Source: an uncultured Armatimonadetes bacterium (GTDB lineage: Bacteria; Armatimonadota; Hebobacteria; Hebobacterales; Hebobacteraceae). From it: a stretch of 64,000 bases of DNA. The position numbers were made by a program, and so were the translations under genes. The DNA lies in the NCBI GenBank assembly GCA_963716175.1, contig OY970296.1:4480001-4544000 (forward strand). Reading direction: 5' to 3'. The notes beneath the pieces are model-generated. The model searched no databases and had not been told where the DNA came from. It saw only the letters and a list, made by a program, of their open reading frames with translations. This document shows, piece after piece, positions 59,640 to 64,000 of the stretch; positions within the stretch are counted from its first letter, which is position 1, and each line of letters opens with the position of its first letter.

Positions 59640-60884
59640 TCACTCCGTCCGCAGCGCGTCCACCGGGTGCAGCCGGGCGGCTCGCCGCGCCGGATGGACG
59701 CCGAAAACTACCCCAACGATGATCGAAAAGATCAGTGCCACGGCCACCGCCTGCCAGGAGATCTGTATTGGGGTGTGCTTCAGCGCGCGCAACGCCACTG
59801 CGCCGACCACCCCGCACAGGACACCCACCAGGCCGCCGGCCAGCGTTACCGCCACCGCCTCCGCCAGGAACTGCGCGAGGATGTCCCTGTGGCGCGCGCC
59901 GACCGCCCGGCGTAGGCCGATCTCGCGGGTGCGCTCACCCACCGACACCAGCATGATGTTCATGATCACCAGCCCGCCCACGAGCAGCGCGATTGCCGCT
60001 ACGATCTCCAGAAAGAGCGTGAGCGTCTTGGTGGTGCCAGAGAACACCTCCATCATTACCTCCGGCGTGCGCACCCCGAAGTCATTCTGCTTGGGGGGGA
60101 CGATGTGGTGGCGCTCCCGCAGCAGCGCAGTGATGGCCGTCGCCGTCTCTCGCGTCCGACGGGGGTCCTCTATCTGCACCACGATGTTGCTCAGGTAGGT
60201 CACCTGGTAGAGGCGATGTGCGAAGGTGGTGATCGGCATCATCACCCGATCATCGAGATCGCGGCCGGCGGGATTCGCCCCCTTCGCCACGAGCACGCCT
60301 TTCACTTTGAAGGTGACGTTGTCTACCCGGATAGTCGCCCCTGTCGGGTCCTCCTCGCCGAAGAGCTCGCGTGCGAGCGTGTTACCGAGAAGCGCCACGC
60401 GGGCCGTGCCGCGGACATCCTCGTCGGAGAGGAACTCCCCGCTTTCCACATCCCAGTCACGGTACTCTCGGAACTCGGGGGTGATGCCCCATGCCTCCGA
60501 CACCGCCGTCCGCTCGCGGAACTGCACTACCACATCGCTCTTGAGCAGGCCGGGGGATGCCTTGCGCACATTCGGCACTTCAGTCTCGATGGCCCGCATG
60601 TCCTCGTACGTCAGGGTCTGACTGCCGGTGCCGACTCCCATGCCCATGTGCGGGCCCGCGTCCTTACCTCCAGCGCTGGCGGTCACCATGATCGGATTGG
60701 CGCTCCAGAGCTTGCCCAGGCGCGCCGACACCTGGGCGTTCGATCCTTGCCCGACCGCAACAATGACAGTGAGCGCGGCCACCCCGATGGTCACCCCCAA
60801 CATCATCAGCAGGGTGCGCGTCTTGCTGGCTGCCAGCGACCGCTTTGCCTCTTTGGCGATCAGACTCAGTCGCATCTCGTCCAC
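59640..60884 (-). CDS. MacB/FtsX-type ABC permease 2
   Basis: GG..IMNIMLVSVGERTREIG, PARRAARLHPVDALR. Confidence 0.92.
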   Translation of the reverse strand: MDEMRLSLIAKEAKRSLAASKTRTLLMMLGVTIGVAALTVIVAVGQGSNAQVSARLGKLWSANPIMVTASAGGKDAGPHMGMGVGTGSQTLTYEDMRAIETEVPNVRKASPGLLKSDVVVQFRERTAVSEAWGITPEFREYRDWDVESGEFLSDEDVRGTARVALLGNTLARELFGEEDPTGATIRVDNVTFKVKGVLVAKGANPAGRDLDDRVMMPITTFAHRLYQVTYLSNIVVQIEDPRRTRETATAITALLRERHHIVPPKQNDFGVRTPEVMMEVFSGTTKTLTLFLEIVAAIALLVGGLVIMNIMLVSVGERTREIGLRRAVGARHRDILAQFLAEAVAVTLAGGLVGVLCGVVGAVALRALKHTPIQISWQAVAVALIFSIIVGVVFGVHPARRAARLHPVDALRTE

Positions 60885-60897
60885 CTCCGGTTACCAT

Positions 60898-62121
60898 TCA
60901 CTCCGTGCGCAACGCCTCGACCGGGTGCAGATGGGCCGCCCGTTTCGCCGGATACACGCCGAAGACGATCCCGACGAGAACGGAGAAGACCACTGCCACC
61001 GCCACCGCCTGCCAGGAGACCTGCATCGGCATGTCCTTGAGCGTACTGAGCGCCGTCGCGCCGGCCACGCCAAGGAGCACGCCCACCAGTCCGCCGGCCA
61101 GCGTTACCGCCACCGACTCAGCGAGGAACTGCCTGAGGATGTCCTTGCGGCGCGCGCCGACCGCCCGGCGTATACCGATCTCGCGGGTGCGCTCGCCCAC
61201 GGAGACCAGCATGATGTTCATGATCACCAGGCCGCCTACAAAGAGCGCGATACCGGCCACTACGCCTAGAAAGAGCGACAACGTCTGCGAGGTGCCGGCA
61301 GCGAACTGCACGATCGCCTCCGGGGTGCGCACGCTGAAATCATCCTGCTTCGGTGGCACGATGTGGTGGCGCTCGCGAAGCAGCGCGGTGATCGCCTCCA
61401 CCGTGCTATCCATCCGCTCCATGTCATCGGGCCGGACGATCACCTGGGCGAGGGCGGTGATGCTGTAGAGCCGCCGAGAGAAGGCCGCCAGCGGCACCAC
61501 CACGCGGTTGTCCAGGTCTCCTCCTCCAGGGCTTACGCCTTTGCTCACCAGCACCCCCTTGACCCGGAGACTCACCTCTCTGATACGGACGGTCTCCCCT
61601 ACAGGATCGGCCTCCCCGAACAGCGCCTGGGCCACCGTCCTGCCCACCAGGTAGACCCGCGCCGCGCCACTCTCGTCCTCAACGCTCAGTTCCTCGCCGC
61701 TTTCGACCTCCCAGTTCTGCAAGTCATGCCAGTTCGGGGTCGCCCCGAAGACCTGTGCGGTGGCGGTTTGTGCACGCGCCGTGATCACTACCCCTGGCAT
61801 TCGCTGCACCAGGGCAACCTCGCGGACACCTGGGATCTCTTCGGCAATCGCCTGGGCGTCCTCCGGTGTAAGCGTGGAGGTGGTCACATCTATCTGGCTT
61901 CCCCGCTGGATGCCGCCCTCGCCTGCCGATACGACAATCGGGCTGGTGCCGAGCACCTTGGCGACCCGCTGCAGCACCTGGGCCTTGGCTCCCTGCCCCA
62001 CCGCCACGATGATGGTCAAGGCCGCAATCCCGATGGCGACCCCAAGCATCATCAGCGCGGCGCGGACCAGGTTCGCAGTGAGGGCGCGACGAGCCTCGCG
62101 AAGAACGGTGAAGGGCTTCAT
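60898..62121 (-). CDS. MacB/FtsX-type ABC permease 1
   Basis: Same family motifs; ATGA overlap with the ATPase gene. Confidence 0.92.
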   Translation of the reverse strand: MKPFTVLREARRALTANLVRAALMMLGVAIGIAALTIIVAVGQGAKAQVLQRVAKVLGTSPIVVSAGEGGIQRGSQIDVTTSTLTPEDAQAIAEEIPGVREVALVQRMPGVVITARAQTATAQVFGATPNWHDLQNWEVESGEELSVEDESGAARVYLVGRTVAQALFGEADPVGETVRIREVSLRVKGVLVSKGVSPGGGDLDNRVVVPLAAFSRRLYSITALAQVIVRPDDMERMDSTVEAITALLRERHHIVPPKQDDFSVRTPEAIVQFAAGTSQTLSLFLGVVAGIALFVGGLVIMNIMLVSVGERTREIGIRRAVGARRKDILRQFLAESVAVTLAGGLVGVLLGVAGATALSTLKDMPMQVSWQAVAVAVVFSVLVGIVFGVYPAKRAAHLHPVEALRTE

Positions 62122-62852
62122 GCCGGCGCCTCCTGAGGAAGCCGCGCGAGCTCCTCGCGCGCCTCTCTGGGCTGCGTCACCGCATCATCGGCCACGATCC
62201 GGCCGTCGCGAAGGCTGATGACCCGCCGGGCATGTTCTGCGATGACCTGTTCATGGGTGACGAGGATGATGGTCCGCCCTTCTCGGTTGAGCTGCTGTAC
62301 GATGTCCATCACCTCCAGTCCGGAGCGGGTGTCGAGGGCACCGGTGGGCTCGTCCGCCAGTACCACCGCGGGATCGTTGATCAGCGCCCGGGCGATGGCC
62401 ACCCGCTGCTGTTGGCCACCCGACAGCTGACTGGGCCAGTGATGCGTGCGTTCACGTAGCCCCACCGCCCCCAGCGCCTGCCGCGCCGCCGTGCCGTCCT
62501 CGTGCGCCGCTCCGTAGAGCAGGGGGAGCTCCACGTTCTCCAGCGCCGTCATCCTGGGGAGCAGGTTGTAGGACTGGAAGACGAGCCCGATCTTCTCGTT
62601 TCGCACCCGCGACAGGGCATCGTCGTCCAATGTCCCCACCTCCTCACCGTCCAGCCGGTATACGCCTCCGGTGGGCGTGTCCAGACAGGCCAGCAAGTTC
62701 ATGAGGGTAGACTTGCCGGAACCGGAGGGGCCGATGATGGCGAGGAACTCGCCCGCTGCCACCTCCAGGGAAATGCCGTCCACCGCGCGGACCTGTTGGC
62801 CGCCAAGACCATACACCTTGGTGATCTCGGACATCTCAATCATCATCTTCAT
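62118..62852 (-). CDS. ABC transporter ATP-binding protein (LolD/MacB-like)
   Basis: GPSGSGKS, LSGGQQQRVAIARAL, LADEPTGALD. Confidence 0.95.
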   Translation of the reverse strand: MKMMIEMSEITKVYGLGGQQVRAVDGISLEVAAGEFLAIIGPSGSGKSTLMNLLACLDTPTGGVYRLDGEEVGTLDDDALSRVRNEKIGLVFQSYNLLPRMTALENVELPLLYGAAHEDGTAARQALGAVGLRERTHHWPSQLSGGQQQRVAIARALINDPAVVLADEPTGALDTRSGLEVMDIVQQLNREGRTIILVTHEQVIAEHARRVISLRDGRIVADDAVTQPREAREELARLPQEAPA

Positions 62853-62858
62853 ACCTCT

Positions 62859-64000
62859 CTATCTGCCGATCGCTCCCGGCGGTAGGTTCTGCTGCGTACC
62901 GGCCGATTGCCCTGAACTCTGGCCCGGCACCTCGCCCACCAGCACCGGCTCCCCCTCCTTCAATCCGGATAGGACCTCCGTATAGTCACTGTCCTTCCAG
63001 CCTGTTTTCACCGCGCGCCGTTCCGGTGAGCCATTCCGCAGCACGTAGACAACCTTCGTCCCATCTTCCCGTTTGATCGCCTTGTTGGGAACGGCGAGCA
63101 CGTTCTCTCTGGTGGCGACGGCGATGGTGACATTGGCGGTCATGTCCGGTCGGAGCAACCCGCGCGGGTTGGCGATGGTGATCACAACATCGTAGTTCAC
63201 GACGTTCTGATCGATAATCGCCTTCGGGTAGATGGCCGTGACCGTTCCCGAGAACTCTTCATCGGGGTAGGAATCTACCGTGAACGTGGCGGACTGGCCG
63301 ACCTTCACCCGGCCGATGTCGGTCTCGTCCACCAATGCATCCACCTGCAACCTCGACAGGTCAATGATGGTCACGAACGTCGGCGCGGTAAGGCCGGCGG
63401 CGATGGTCTCGCCCTCTTGGGTAGAGACGGAGGCGATCACACCATCAATGGGCGAGACGATCCGGGTGTATGAAACCTGGGTCTCGGCATAGCGCAGGGC
63501 CGCTTCGGCCTGCATCACCTGTGCTCTTGCCGTCTGTATTGCCTGCTCCTTCACGCGCACTTGGGCGGTGTTCGCCCGCGCCATGCGCAGCGCGGAGTCG
63601 GCCTGCCGTACCCCCTCTTCCGCCTGCGCAACGTCCTGCTGTTTGATCTGGGTCTGCGAGGCGTTGGCGTTCGCGGCGTCCAGCACCGCTTGCGCATGCC
63701 GGACCTGGGCCGCCGCGACGTCATGCTGGGTGCGCGCATTGTCCACATCCTGCTTGGCTATAAACCCCTGGTCGAACAGATGCTGGACTCGCTCGTAGCT
63801 GGACTTCGCGTTCGCCCGATTCGCCTCCGCTTGCTCCACTGCGGCCCTCGCCTGCTGGATCTGGGCAGTCACCTCGAGCGGCACCGCGCCGACGGTGGTG
63901 CGAGCCTGCTCCAGCCGGGAACGCGCGGCCGTGAGATTCGCCTGGGCGCGCTCAACATCCGTGCTGCTCTGGACGACTTGCGCGCTATATCCTGCCTCCA
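62859..64000 (-). CDS. MacA-like periplasmic adaptor (5' part outside window)
   Basis: Long AQ-rich coiled coil, I.SPIDG, VDETDIGRVKVGQ, LRPDMTA. Confidence 0.9.
   Translation of the reverse strand, partial: EAGYSAQVVQSSTDVERAQANLTAARSRLEQARTTVGAVPLEVTAQIQQARAAVEQAEANRANAKSSYERVQHLFDQGFIAKQDVDNARTQHDVAAAQVRHAQAVLDAANANASQTQIKQQDVAQAEEGVRQADSALRMARANTAQVRVKEQAIQTARAQVMQAEAALRYAETQVSYTRIVSPIDGVIASVSTQEGETIAAGLTAPTFVTIIDLSRLQVDALVDETDIGRVKVGQSATFTVDSYPDEEFSGTVTAIYPKAIIDQNVVNYDVVITIANPRGLLRPDMTANVTIAVATRENVLAVPNKAIKREDGTKVVYVLRNGSPERRAVKTGWKDSDYTEVLSGLKEGEPVLVGEVPGQSSGQSAGTQQNLPPGAIGR

Overview
GC-rich bacterial DNA (gene content is compatible with Armatimonadota or similar; inference only) in three parts. 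(1) 1-23.6 kb is mostly housekeeping: FGE-like protein plus sulfatase, xerD, lytic transglycosylase, cysK, MFS, M20 peptidase, GT2, a minus-strand run mutL-miaA-dapF-dapL-hflX-DUF2268-rfbB-orphan N6-adenine methylase, a quinone reductase and a GGDEF/HD-GYP protein. Several of these genes carry single-base frameshifts that look like sequencing errors. Two families of twin-hairpin MITE-like repeats are dispersed here. (2) About 23.6-57.9 kb is a heavily reworked accessory island. It begins inside a truncated nitrilase gene and holds two related tyrosine recombinases, secreted CAZymes (GH51, clan GH-A, GH123/DUF4091-like, DUF5916), two M60-like HExxH peptidases, a GIY-YIG/DUF4357 nuclease with a controller-like HTH gene and C-box-like operator, an ECF sigma/anti-sigma module and many gene fragments. 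The island is riddled with one class of rve (DDE integrase-core) elements: three full ~1.35 kb copies, remnants, and about ten 29-bp end motifs that bracket mini-elements and, in one case, a whole glycoside hydrolase gene. (3) 58-64 kb is a MacAB-like ABC exporter operon with three permeases. No tRNA, rRNA or CRISPR array was seen.
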